Positions 1 to 12,325 of a stretch of DNA of 64,000 nt are shown piece after piece; position 1 is the stretch's first letter; each line of letters opens with the position of its first letter. Made by a program: the position numbers and the translations under genes. A model generated the notes under the pieces. It ran no database searches and was not told the origin of the DNA. It saw only the letters and a program-made list of their open reading frames with translations. Source of the stretch: Octopus sinensis. Lineage: Eukaryota. The DNA lies in assembly GCF_006345805.1 (NCBI RefSeq), contig NC_043019.1:9485360-9549359 (forward strand). Reading direction: 5' to 3'.

Positions 1-48
1 ATATGATCCGATAGACCTACTCTCAAAGACAACCTCGCCGTGGCTACA

Positions 49-93
<45 letters not shown>

Positions 94-507
94 CTCCAAT
101 GTAAAAATATCGAACAGCTGTTAAATAGTCCGGCTTTAGATTGGTAACCTTCCGTGCACCGTTCAGGCGGTCGTTGTCAATCACAAAAGATCGCACGTGA
201 CGTTCCTCATCCTCAACTCTCTTCTTTCCATAGTGATGAGATGTACGTTGGTTGACGTTCCCCTAGGCTTATATCCCATTTTGAACCACTACAATAAAAT
301 CGCTGCAGTGTGCTTTCAGTCATTTTTAATTTGGCAGCCAAAAATAAACGAGGATAAACAGTAAAAAACCAAAACCGTAAATCAATCGGCCGAGATCTGC
401 TCTTCAAATTCCCATCAACAGAGATAAACGAACGATTGTTCTAAATTAAGCATCAATGGTGAAAATAAAACCGCACTTATTGTTTTTGGCAGCAAGCAAA
501 TAATAAC

Positions 508-538
<31 letters not shown>

Positions 539-547
539 TTAATAATA

Positions 548-725
548 GTTTCACATTTACGCATAAACCGGCAGTTTCAGGGAAGGGGATAAATCGATTA
601 CAGCGACCCCAGTGCCCAACTGCTATTTAGTTCATCGATCTCCGAAATGATGAAAGTTAAAATCAACCGCGGTGGAATTTGAACTCAGCATGTAAAATTA
701 TTTTGAACGCATTGAAGACCCAGCT
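548..725 (-). mobile_element. tRNA-derived SINE, family A (octopus OR1-like naming uncertain), decayed copy
   Basis: Reverse complement carries the B-box-like gagttcaaattcc and the gtcgat...ctggggtc body seen in the better copy at 33634-33840. Confidence 0.7.
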
Positions 726-839
726 TATGAGAAGGACAGGGTAAGCCTTCTTGACTCGTTGAAGATAGCAATCGGAAAGATGACTTCCCTCTTGCTTTGC
801 GGGAAGGACTGTTTCAACGAAGTTGCGTCTTGTCCTTAC

Positions 840-872
840 CTTCGTAACATGGAGTAGACGAAACAGGGACAA
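840..872 (-). CDS. Candidate 33-nt internal exon, product unknown
   Basis: Minus strand acceptor attccccttcttcag| and donor aag|gtaagg; symmetric length, open in all three phases; no protein recognised. Confidence 0.3.
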
Positions 873-1065
873 CTGAAGAAGGGGAATATTCCTTGTGTTG
901 TATGTCTCGTACTCTGTTTTTCGTTGTTTGAAAACAAGTTCGTTTTTATGTTTTCGTTTCTCATTGTGTTCAACGTTTTTTTGGTGTCCTGTACCCATAT
1001 ATGCATGTATATATATGTAGGTATGTGCATATATGTATGTATATATGCATATATTTATATATATA

Positions 1066-1102
<37 letters not shown>

Positions 1103-1331
1103 ACGCACACATGCATGTGCGCAGGCACCCACGTACGTCGAAATGATAGAATTCTTTTAAAATATTTCCATATAAAAGTGTTTACAAACGTACGAAACAA
1201 TGACTCGCATTTTACATGTAGAGAGACAGACAGACAGACACAGAGTGATATATATAAACGCGCGCGCACACACGGAGGAGAGAGTAAACAAATTTTATAT
1301 TGCGAAAATAATTTTAGGCGTGTGTGTGTGT

Positions 1332-1377
<46 letters not shown>

Positions 1378-1829
1378 TGTGTCAAGGTCTCTGAAAAATA
1401 GACTGGGAATAACAAACCCGCGTATTCACACACATAAGTTATAACGTGTGTGTGTTTAAATATGTATGCAGGATGGGGAGAGAGAGAGAGACAGACAGAC
1501 AGAGCGCGTGTGAGAGAGAAGACCAGGCCAAAAGACTAAATCGTAAACCCTTGAACAAAGTGGTTAGTCCAGTCGTACTGGTTTTCATGTCATTATTACA
1601 GAACAATAGAATGTATCTGTGTTTCGATTTAGTAGGGATCACACAACCAGGATGGTAGGATGGAAGTGTAGCGTAGATAGAGAGAGAGAGAGAGAGAGAG
1701 AGGTAAGTAGGTAGGTAGGTAGAATGGTGGGTCCCTACGAGTAAGACCAGACCAGTTTTAACAAGCTATTGTTTTTCTCAGAGTAAATTCTTGCAGTCGA
1801 CTCTGGTACTGATTAATTCTCCTCGGGTC

Positions 1830-2130
1830 AATACGCCGTGCGCAGTGAATTCGCGTCCGATCTCATTAATGGCTCCTATCGTTAAAGTATTCGACATTAT
1901 GTTCAAATTAGAAATAACAACCTTGCCAGAGAGAAATCATCCTGCAGACAGCAACCAGCAAGATTTTTCTGATGAAAAAGTTCACCCAATTCAGTTTCTG
2001 CTCCAGTTTAATGAGATTTTAAATGCTGTGGGAATCGATTACAACACAGATGTCATTTACCTTGACTAGAGCAGAGGTTTTGACAGAGTCGACCACAGCA
2101 TTTCTTCTCAAGGAATTAACCAAGCGATGG
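1830..2130 (+). pseudogene. Decayed CR1/L2-group LINE reverse transcriptase fragment
   Basis: NSRPISLMAPIVKVF ... DVIYLD*SRGFDRVDH matches the RT-domain NYRPISL...DVIYLDFxKAFDxVDH pattern; in-frame stop. Confidence 0.8.
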
Positions 2131-2187
2131 GCGCTCCGTCGGTGGCGACGACGAGTGTCCCAGTGGATTCGACCAACGGAACTGCCT

Positions 2188-2437
2188 TCTCGTGGCTGAG
2201 TACTCCACAAACACGCGTACACTTAATAAAATTCTCAGTGAGATTCAGCATGACTCAGAATGTGATAAACCTGGCCCATTGAATTACAGGTACAACTCAT
2301 TATTGCCAGCTGAGTGGACTGGAGCAATAAAGTGAAATAAAGTGCCTTGCTCAAGGACACAACACGCTGCTGAGAATCGAACTCACGACATTAGGATCGT
2401 GACTTGAATACACTATTCCCTAACCCATGCGCCTTCT
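2188..2437 (-). mobile_element. tRNA-derived SINE, family C (gtgtccttgagcaag-type central domain)
   Basis: Reverse complement: tRNA-like head (gtgagttcgattc B box), then gtgtccttgagcaaggcactttatttcac...ccagtccactcagctggc; homologous copy at 7673-7921. Confidence 0.75.
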
Positions 2438-3099
2438 TAATTATCCAGTACTGAGTTCATAGAAAGCAAGTGTAGTGGATTAAATTTTGCCTGACAGAGT
2501 CCAACACTTTGTAATCGACAAGATGAATTCAATGGGAGTCTTTAAGAGTTTATTCTTTGCATAAATGGCGTTGCAAAATGACATCAAACGGAAGATGCTT
2601 AGCAAATGGCTTGAACGCCAAAAAGTCCTCAAAAAGTCCTCAATGGAACATTTCATCGAACGGACCTGCATTCTGATCTATGTGATGGGATTCGAATGAC
2701 AAAAATGAAAATGTTCTTAAACTTTGGAAATGCGAATATGATTAACTATATACTAATCCCTCGGGAGAGCTTCTTCACGTAACATCAAATAATATATTGG
2801 GTCTTTGGTGTAACCGAAGTTAAGGCGCACTCATTAACAATTAAGTGGATATGATCCGCAGAATGCGCTCATATATTCTTCGAAATTTCAAGTCCAGAGA
2901 TGTTGATCATCTTTCTTTTTTCGGTAATAAAAAGACTGAATTACCTTTGCGATAAAAGGACTGAATTTTGATTAATCGAAATTATACTCGGGCAATTACT
3001 TACACCTTTTCATTGCATAAAACCAAGATAGAAACTTCCGGTAGATCCACCTCTCTTCTTTCACTAACCATACAGTATTTGTGTTAACACTCATCCTTT

Positions 3100-3560
3100 T
3101 AGATATCGCGTTGAGTCCACACGCTGGAGTAGATGATATCTGCCCCGTCACTAAAAGCCTGGACTAATCTCAATGTTACGGAATTTTCCAATACAGAAAG
3201 ATAAGCGAATAAAAACGATCATTATTATTACTGGTGCCATGGAAACGAAAATTCGATTAATTATTGGAGTCGAGCAACAGACGAACTTTTCAATGGACCA
3301 CACATACTGAAAAAAATAAATATTGTAGAGCGCAACGATTCCCTCGATATTCTTGCATTTGAAGAAAGGTTGCCCCAAAAGTCGTCGACGATGTAAAAAT
3401 GCAGCCAAAAGATACTGTTTTGTAAACTTAAACATATAAAAATAGAGATGATGACATTTATTGTCAAGCATAATTTGTAAACCCCATTTGCTGGATTCAA
3501 AGTAGGACAACTGCTAAACTGAAGACGCCTATTGAGACAGAAACACGTTCAAAGCTTTCC
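3100..3560 (+). mobile_element. Possible Penelope-like relic (degenerate coding remnant plus ctgaaga...gaaac terminal motif)
   Basis: Fragment EKINIVERNDSLDILAFEER followed by ctgaagacgcctattgagacagaaacacgt; resemblance only. Confidence 0.25.
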
Positions 3561-4207
3561 TCTTGTCTCCAGACAATCAAACTGGGTTTTTTTTTTCTTT
3601 CTTTCTCGATATTTCTTCTTCAGGAATTCATTTTTTGCTTTAGATTATCTCCCTTTCAAATCGGAATTGATCGCAATTGCCACGTGATATTTGTTTCTGT
3701 ATTTGTTTATTTTCCTCTCGAAAGGGAGATAACAGCAATAAATTAGGAACTGATCTGTAATGATATTCCATTTACGTTTATTCCTCTTTATATCCACGTT
3801 TCTGGGCCAATTGCAGTTATCTTTCCTCGCTCATTTGTCTTTAAATTATGCAAATTTACACTATATCTGTGTACTGTTCCACTTGAATATATTTGCGTAT
3901 ATTTACAAATATATGCGTATATGTATGTGTTTCCTTGTGTGGTTGTGTGTCCCTAACTAGATGAATGTGATTGCATGTGTGTGTGCGTTTACGTGTACAA
4001 TTGTGTGTGTGTGTGTGTGTGTGTGCGTTTACGTGTATATTTGTGTGTGTGTCTTCGAAATTCCTGAATGCCATTGAAACAAGTTAAGCAAACAAAAGAA
4101 AGGAAGCCAAGAAAACAGCCGAAACAGCAAGACACCCACATTCTATTTATTCGACCTCCACCCGCTCCACCCCGTCCTACGCACAACGCGCCCAGCACCC
4201 ACCTTAC

Positions 4208-4279
4208 CTGGACACCCAGGTATATATAAACCGGATACGCTTCATGTTTTCTAGCAGGAAGTTGATGTTGTGTGTTAAA
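4208..4279 (-). CDS. Candidate 72-nt internal exon with NAGNAG acceptor, product unknown
   Basis: Long pyrimidine tract ctttctttctcggtgtctttttttgctaatcagcag| and donor cag|gtaagg; phase-2 reading LTHNINFLLENMKRIRFIYTWVS or phase-0 FNTQHQLPARKHEAYPVYIYLGVQ. Confidence 0.45.
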
Positions 4280-4650
4280 CTGCTGATTAGCAAAAAAAGA
4301 CACCGAGAAAGAAAGCGAGGAAGATGTCGGCGACCTCACCGTCTTGAGAGGTGCCAAAGAGAGAGGGAGGGAGAGAGAGAGAGAGAGGCAGAGAGAGAGA
4401 CGGAGGGAGAGAGGGAGAGAGAGAGACTCACAGGCAGGGACATATAACAAGAAAAAGAAGTTAGGTAGGTATAGAGAAGTGTAGGACAGACAGGCGGCTA
4501 TGTTGATAGACAGGTGGGTAGAGAGTAGATGGATTGATAAGGTAGATATACAGGTAGACAAACAGACAGATTGATAGATGGACGGAAATTGATAAGACAT
4601 TCTCCATATACACACGAATGACTCTCTCTTTCTTTCTCTCTCTCTATACA

Positions 4651-4730
<80 letters not shown>

Positions 4731-7238
4731 AATTAGTAAATAAATGGCACAACAAAGTACCGATATTTACTGGAAATTTAGTCGTTTTATATATATATAT
4801 ATATATATATAAAACGACTGTTTTCGAGTTTCATTTACTTTTACTAAAAGTTTTTTTCTATTACTATTTTAGTTTGTTTTTTTTTTTTCCTGTTTATCTT
4901 GGAACAGTGACGGTCTTCAGCCGATTAACATTTCAATTTCCAAAGCTTTCCGGTCTCACCTTCTGAATAGAAAACGATGATAGAGGCAGATGAACGCCAC
5001 GTTATGTAACATTCGACAACTGGTCATAGACTCTGAATGCAAAAGATATCAGCGCTCCTTTAATATCTGCGAAAAATTAATATTTGCATATGTTTTACAT
5101 TATTTATTTAAATCTTTATTACTAATTAATAAGTATGCATATTCTTGTAGTTGATTCTCATCATAGATGGAATTTCTTTGATAAACAGTAGAATAATCTG
5201 ACACGCTGGCTGTTAAGTGACTCTAAGAAAACTGGTGGCATAACGAGTAACACCACCACCTGGGATGCGAAGTTCGAGGATCGAGGTGGGAATCACTTTC
5301 TGGAAATGTCATATGTGTGTGGAGGGGGGGTAGTATTTATGTCGTAAGAATTCAGAAACTTTGAGAGGCGGGAAATAAGTCAGTGGGACTCGAGGTAGAT
5401 GATGCAACAAATAATAGTGCGTGTGTGTGTGTGTGTGTATGTATATAAATATAAATAATTCTTCTTTGATAAAACTATCGAAAGCTGCCCCTGAGACTGC
5501 AGCCTACATCTTCATTACACATGACAGACGTTCTGCCGCTGGACCACAACAATCTTCCGAATTTCTCTCTACCCCACCAGTCCAACATTTTCTTTTCAAA
5601 AGGCTTTTAACTTAATATTTACCCGTTGCCATTTATAGCTTTATCTCCTTCGAGGTCCACCGTATTTCACGTGAAATACATCGTGCGAAACTGCTGTCTT
5701 CTATTATGCCATATGCTTCATATTTCTTTACACGTGCGCATATATATGTATCTATATTTAACTATCAGTATGTAGGCAAATAGACCTACATGTTCGTCCA
5801 TCAGGAGCGACGGTGGCAATTTAGTCACCTGAGAGATGACTGATGACTTGCCTGGTAACTTTGATTAAAGTGACAAAGAGTTTCGCACCATCAACCTCAC
5901 TCAGTCGTCTGTGACCATCTTCAATCCAGTGGCAAGACCAGATCAAGAGGAATGAGAATGAAGACGGATGCAATGACTGAGCAAACAAAGTCTCTTGCTG
6001 GCCTCATCTTACTCTCTCCACAGCCACATTTTCTAGCTGTGACCGCCCTCCTCCCCAACCATGGACGTTTCTTCCGCAGAATCTACCGGACCCACTTGTC
6101 ACATGCATAGGAAAGCAAGCCCTAACTCACAAACTGTTACATCTCCACCGCTGGCCACCCTCCCCTGGTTAAACCCGCCAGTCGAAGGTGTTTACTAGAG
6201 TATGCGTTTATATATATATATATTATATATATATATATATATCAAAGAGGGGAGGCAATGGACTGAGAGAGAGACAGATAGACAGAGGTTTCGGGACAAT
6301 CAAGAGGAGAAAAATAATAAAGGATAGATTGACAGACAGACAGATATAGACAGACAGACAGGTAGGTAGGTAGATAGATAGATAGATAGATAGAAGTTAC
6401 ATATATACATACATACATACATACATACATACATACATACATACATACATACATACATACATGCTTGCGAGTGAAACAGTAAAAATATACAAGACTTTTC
6501 TCAAGTTCCCATTGTGAATTTGTCTGTGTTAACTTCATCCCAAAGATGGAGCCTTGTATCTTTGTTGCAAACCGATTCCCTCCTCAGTGGAAGATTTATA
6601 ATAATTGAACAATACAAGAGACATTCATACACGCGCGCACCTCAACATCATATCAGGTGTGAACGTCCCTTAGACTGTCGGTTTTTGTATATGATTTTGT
6701 CTTTCGTTATTGATTGGCCCTACATACATGTATGTGTGTGTGTGAGGGCGCGTGTGTATGTATATGTACATGCATGCATGCATACGTGAATACACACACA
6801 CACGTGTGTTCACGATCGACATATATACGGCAGCACAGGAATACATAATACAAATGACAAGATATATATATATATATATGTATATATATACCATGTGTAC
6901 TTCAACAGAAAAGTACACACTCACAAACCATTTCCCGTGACGCGCGCGCGCATACACAGCTGTTGCCGTTGGTGTCGCCTCTGTCGCAGGATGTCTCTTA
7001 GTGTTGCCGCCCATTATGTTTACACGTTGTTAGGTGAAGAAGGGCCTTATACGTTATTGGTTAAATTCGAGTCCTCTTTGACAGACAGCAAACAGACCCC
7101 ATCTGTCCCCCTTTCCACGCATCCCCTGACCCAGCCCCTTGCTTTTGTTGTCTCATTTGGAGGCATCTGCTTTGCCGAATCCCTAATGGCAAAGCAGCAA
7201 CAGATTCTCGACACTGAGCAGTCGCTATTGCACCTATG

Positions 7239-7319
<81 letters not shown>

Positions 7320-7373
7320 GCACAAACCCTTTGCATACCACAACGGATGGAGTCTCTGTAGTCGCTCGGTCTT

Positions 7374-7550
7374 CTAGAAATAGCAGCCAAATCTCCCACA
7401 TATCGCAGCCTAGTATTTTAAACACCTTGAATAATATAGTCTCAGGTACACTATTCCTGAAATAATAATGGGATGGTCACGATTGAAATGCCTTTGAAAA
7501 CCGTGGGGCATAAACGGGTCCGACCTAGATTTAAACAATAACAACAATAA
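7374..7550 (+). mobile_element. Short interspersed repeat family D ((AAC)n tail, no tRNA head seen)
   Basis: gaaatagcagccaaatctccc...ggatggtcac...aatgcctttga...aaacaataacaac motifs shared with at least 7 other loci in the window. Confidence 0.65.
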
Positions 7551-7672
7551 TACTAGAATAAGCAATCACACCCTCCGTTATCGCAATGAAAACGGTCCTC
7601 CGTCGGTTGCGACGACGACGGTTCCAATTAATCCGATCCTCGAAACAACCCGCTCGTGAAATTAACATGCAA

Positions 7673-7921
7673 ATGGCTGAGTACTCCACAAACACGCGAA
7701 CCCTTAAAGCAGTTCTTATGGTGAATCAGCGTGACGCAGAATGTGACAAGGTTGGGCCCTTTGAATTACAAGTGCAACTTATTTTTGCCAGATGAACGGA
7801 CGGGAGCAAAGTGAAATAATGTTTTTTTTTCTGAAGGGCCACAATGCGTCGCCTGGAATTGAACTCACGACCGTAGGATTGTGAGGCGAATATCCGTAAC
7901 CACTGAACCACGTCCCTTCGC
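7673..7921 (-). mobile_element. tRNA-derived SINE, family C
   Basis: Homologous to 2188-2437 (gctgagtactccacaaacacgcg...ttgaattaca...gaactcacgac...). Confidence 0.75.
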
Positions 7922-8382
7922 ACAACAAAAACAACAACAAAACAATTCAGTCGTCAACTGATCCATTCAGGATTACAAGATCATTGCAAAGTTATACTGA
8001 GATAAGCTTAGATTAAGATCTTTCATCAGAGATAAGCGAGAGAGAGAGAAATACAAAGCCAAAAACTTTATTCGTTTTGGTTGGAATTGTTGTTCCTTCA
8101 CAGATTATATTCAAAATGAGTAATTAACGGATGTATTATAGCCGCACTTAAAGATTTTCACAGTTCTGTTGGTTCTTGTATCAATGGTTACCTTCTACAA
8201 CCACTGACACACAGACAGAAGTGTGTATATGCGTATGTGTTTACGTGTGTGTATTTAAATGAGTTTTCCCACAGACACCAGGATATTGAAAGATCTCTCA
8301 GCTTACCATGTTTGCGAACTCCCAGTACCACATTAACGGACCACAGGTTGGGAACCACTAACATACACACACACACAGGGTA

Positions 8383-8413
<31 letters not shown>

Positions 8414-8900
8414 ACATAGTTCATAAATAAGAATCAAATATTCTGTGTATGCAATACACTGAGTAGGGCTCAAGAGATTTAAACTTGATGGGGTTTAGAA
8501 ATAAATATAAGGATAAACAAGTTAGACAGATCAATATATAAAGTATATTAAATACATGAAATGCAAAAAAATGTGTTTAAATGTTTAGACAGGAAAAGCT
8601 CCCACTTACACAGAATACAAAAGATAGAGAAAATTGAAGGAGTTGAAGTGAAGTATTACACTTGCAGCATTTGTATGTCATTTGAATACTGTTGGAGTGG
8701 AATACTTTACTTCGACCCCTTCAACTCTCTCCTCTATCTTTTGTATTCTGTGTAAGTGGGAGCTTTTTCTGTGGAAACATTTATACACTTTTTTTGTATT
8801 TCATGTATTCAGTGTACGTTATTTATTGATCTGCCTAACTTGCTTACACATGTGCGCACACACACAGACACACACACACACACACACACACACCACACAC

Positions 8901-8941
<41 letters not shown>

Positions 8942-9158
8942 GTACCTATGGTTGTTTGTATAAATGTGTGTGTGCTTATTTATGTATGCGTGCATAGGTA
9001 TGTATCTATGAATGTGTGTGTGTGTGTGAGAGAGAGAGAGTAAAATGGAAATTAACCAACAAAACTGTTTACACAGAAACCCGAGGAAAAATATCTTATT
9101 TATTTATTCAGTTGTTTGATATGCTCGACTGACTAAATTTTCATAGTTTTCTGATTTC

Positions 9159-9213
<55 letters not shown>

Positions 9214-9474
9214 CAATTAACATCTTATGTCCAAGAGAATGGTTGTCGAAACTGGATTTCCTTATCGTAAAACCTGATTGTTTATCTAACCATACGTGAG
9301 TGCCTCTGTGTGTGTGTGTGTGTGTGTATACCATGCATGGGTGAATGTATTATAAACGTGTTTGCTTTTCTTTGGTAATTATTAGAATTCACCTTGAAAG
9401 AAAGAACTGATTTCTGACAAGGAAACAAAATTTCATCGCTGGAATATGGAGAACAACAGTGATAAGAGTTAAGC

Positions 9475-9990
9475 TTTGCTAAAGTCTTGCAGGCTATTAT
9501 TATTCTACTGACAGAATAAATTTCTGATGCGCGTGTTAGCCGGTCGCTTTCTCTGTTCGAAAAATGAGTTTTTCTCCGTTGTCACTTAATATTTAATAAG
9601 CGCTGGATGCCCCAATAACTATGGTAATAAATGTGAATTTATAATCAGGAGAGAGAAGATGACGTTTTCGAAGCCACTGTCCATTAATATTTCCTTCTCA
9701 CTGAGTTTCCTAGAAATTGTTCACATCTTCTGTGCAGCTTAACATTAAGCGTGGACGTAATGTCTTCTTTCCCAGACTACGATGTCTGACTTTATTGTGT
9801 TTGCACTTTCAGGAAGTTTTTATGGGTCTACTCCACCAGTATTTCTCGCGTTGATATACATGTATGTATTCAAAAAACAGGGACATTATCTACCTTTATC
9901 TCTGGACAGTCTTAACTACGGGTGGCATTGTTGTACCTTGGTGATATTTTTAGCCAACTTTTGTTTCGTTACGTGATGTCTTCTACAGAA
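9475..9990 (-). pseudogene. Decayed C-terminus of an RLE-type non-LTR retrotransposon (R4/Dong-like)
   Basis: Frameshifted minus-strand pieces VEDIT, KSDIVVWER, LSCTEDVN, LLSPDYKFTFITIVIGA and IACKT follow the order of the zinc knuckle, PD-(D/E)xK endonuclease and C-terminal motifs of RLE elements. Confidence 0.65.
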
Positions 9991-10029
9991 GTGTGATTTA
10001 GCTGACCTTTAAGATTGCCTGTTGGGTCA

Positions 10030-10200
10030 AAAACCTTCAGTGAAGGCAGGTGGAAAAATCGATGCCATTAGCCCTGGTATTTGACAGGTACTTTATTTTA
10101 TTGTCCCTGGAGCGATGAAAGGCAAGGTTAGCTTTGGCGGGATTTGAACGCGCGACTTAAAGAGTCAGTACAAAATATGGCAACGTATTTTATTTCTCCG
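10030..10200 (-). mobile_element. SINE family A, decayed
   Basis: aggtactttattt...gatgaaaggcaagg...ggcgggatttgaac motifs. Confidence 0.6.
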
Positions 10201-10539
10201 TTTCTCTAACAATTCTCACGAAATCCACGAATATAAATGTTAATGCAGAAGCAGTCGCTCATTGTGATGTATTACTTTCGGTTTGGTGACGACAAATGAT
10301 CGGAAGAATAAAATAGATAAGAACAAGGAAAAGTAAACCCGGTGTATGTCGGGTCAATTTGGGCGTAACACTGGGCGTTCTTTCTGGGCACGAGGGCGTT
10401 CTGAAGTGGTGAAGGTGGGCAACGTATTTTCTTTTTCTTTTAACTATTCTTTTATTATTATTATTATCGTTTGCTATTATTTGGTTGTTTGGTTTCTGTC
10501 GTCTTCTTTCTGTCTGATCTTCATTTGGTATCTTGACAG

Positions 10540-10548
10540 GAGGACGAG
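10540..10548 (+). other. Candidate 9-nt microexon (GAGGACGAG, E-D-E)
   Basis: About 70-nt T/pyrimidine-rich tract ending tcttgacag|, then 9 nt, then gag|gtgaat. Confidence 0.25.
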
Positions 10549-10761
10549 GTGAATGAGCCGCTGTAGGTCACGTCAAGAGGGCGGCGGTGTGTGTGTGTGT
10601 GAGGGGGAATGACAGCAGCTTGAAATTGTGTGTGTGTGTGTGTGTGTGTGTTGTGAAAGGGACGCAGTGGGTCGGGCGACACTGGAGATACTTCATTTCA
10701 AACAGACTACTTCCCGCCTCCTTCAACAAACCTTTCAATTTACGTTATATATACGCACACG

Positions 10762-10798
<37 letters not shown>

Positions 10799-11924
10799 GC
10801 ATGTACGCGCGCGCGTATAGCCATATTTATTATGTATGTATTATATTTATCATTTCTCCTTTAAGCCACTCACGTGTGTATGTTTATAGTCCGTGTTTGC
10901 AGTGAGTGTATGTATATGTGTATGTTTATTTGTTAGTTAGTTAGTTAGTTAATTTGGCTCAAAAGCAAATAGCAAGGCCATGTAGGGGGACATGGAGTTA
11001 AGTACAGGGTGGTGTTCATGTAAAGAGTTCAGGCCACTTGAGGTCCAGGGAGGCTTTGAACAAAGCAGTCGTCGGCATCTTCACCATCTCGTTTGTGTGT
11101 TATACATGTGTGCCTTTCTGTTGTGTATATATACTGTGTGCACTCTCCAACATAATTATCTTGAGATAATAGCTGTTCGCCTCAAGGCATGCCTCGTGCA
11201 TTTAAATATATATCGTATTGTGCTTGAGGTAAATAAACGAATATCTTCCCGTAGGTTTTGTGTTCAAATCCCACAAATGTCGTTTTTGATGTTTATCCTT
11301 CTGGGGCACAATAAAGTAAAGTACCAGTCCAATACTAGGATCGATATGAACGATTCTGTCTTCTCCAAACTGTGTGGCATTCTAACAATTCAACACTCAA
11401 CACAAGAAATCTTTTTCTCCTTCATTTGCCATAGAATCCCACCCCACCCCGCTTTTTTTCTACTTTCCGCCATCTTACGCAGACCTAACTCCGGGATGCG
11501 AGTGAACATCTGAAGGTTTCGATTAGGGAGAGACTGAGAAGGCAAAAGAAGAGGGAAAGAGAGAGAGACAGAATGAGAGAAGTAGTGAAGAGACTGTTCA
11601 AGTTATGTGTGTGTACATTCACATATGCACACGTGTGTGTATGTGTGTATGTGTGTGTGTATGTGTGTGTGTATGTGTGTGTGTACTAGTGTAATATAGT
11701 ACCCGTCAAAAAGTAAGGGGTTTATTACTGCCTCCTTTAAATATCTATTAACGTATTTCTTGCCCCAAAGTAATTTCTTTCTGTTCTTGTTTTCCTTTTC
11801 TATTTCCATTCCTACTTCCTCAGTCTTCTTTCTGACTCCCTTCCTCTTCTCCCCACCCCCGCCCACCAAATATTTATATATTTGTAACCTTTCACTTTCT
11901 TTGACCTGGGGCACCACCTTACAG

Positions 11925-12060
11925 GCTTTAGTCGAATAAATTGCCCTCAGTACTTACTTTTTAAGTCTGCTACTTTTACTATCGGTTCCTTTGTGCCGAA
12001 CAGCTAAGTTGCCGGGACGTAAATAGACTAACATTAGTTCGCAGTGGTGGAGAACAAACA
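11925..12060 (-). mobile_element. SINE family B, 3' part
   Basis: tttagtcgaataaattgccctcagtactta...ctatcggttcctttgtgccgaacagctaagtt...ggacgtaaa matches the reverse complement of the 21498-21846 tail. Confidence 0.65.
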
Positions 12061-12247
12061 CACAACACACACACACATGTATGTATGTATGTATGTATGT
12101 ATGTATGTATGCATGCATGGAGTTCTATTTCTCCTGTTTATTTCTCCAAACCTCTGAGTGCGTTTCGCATAAATTTCCTTCCTCTCTCCCCGCCTCTGCT
12201 TCTCCGTCTTTCATCGAGCTTGCTAATCTACTGTTTTATAATCTCAG

Positions 12248-12325
12248 CACAGCCACTAGTTTCTCGTGTCATTCTGACAAAAAAAGAAGGGAACCAAACA
12301 AAATTCACGTAACATGTGAATTCAG
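12248..12325 (+). other. Candidate 73/78-nt exon (coding or UTR)
   Basis: Branch-like gctaat, acceptors tctcag|cacag|, donor cag|gtatga. Confidence 0.2.

Noticed and set aside
840-4279. GPCR TM7-like reading WVSSCPCFVYSMLRR from joining two exons in phase 2
   Set aside because: NPxxY motif not matched, and no other TM exons found
3989-4729. 246-aa minus-strand ORF as a single-exon gene
   Set aside because: Mostly microsatellite-derived; only the 72-nt splice-bounded core is plausible
9392-9412. Further tiny exon candidates (21 nt here; 7/45 nt at about 36464; 3-nt patterns at about 4340 and 4960; MAS first exon at about 29310)
   Set aside because: Splice-like motifs of this strength are expected by chance in 64 kb; no independent support
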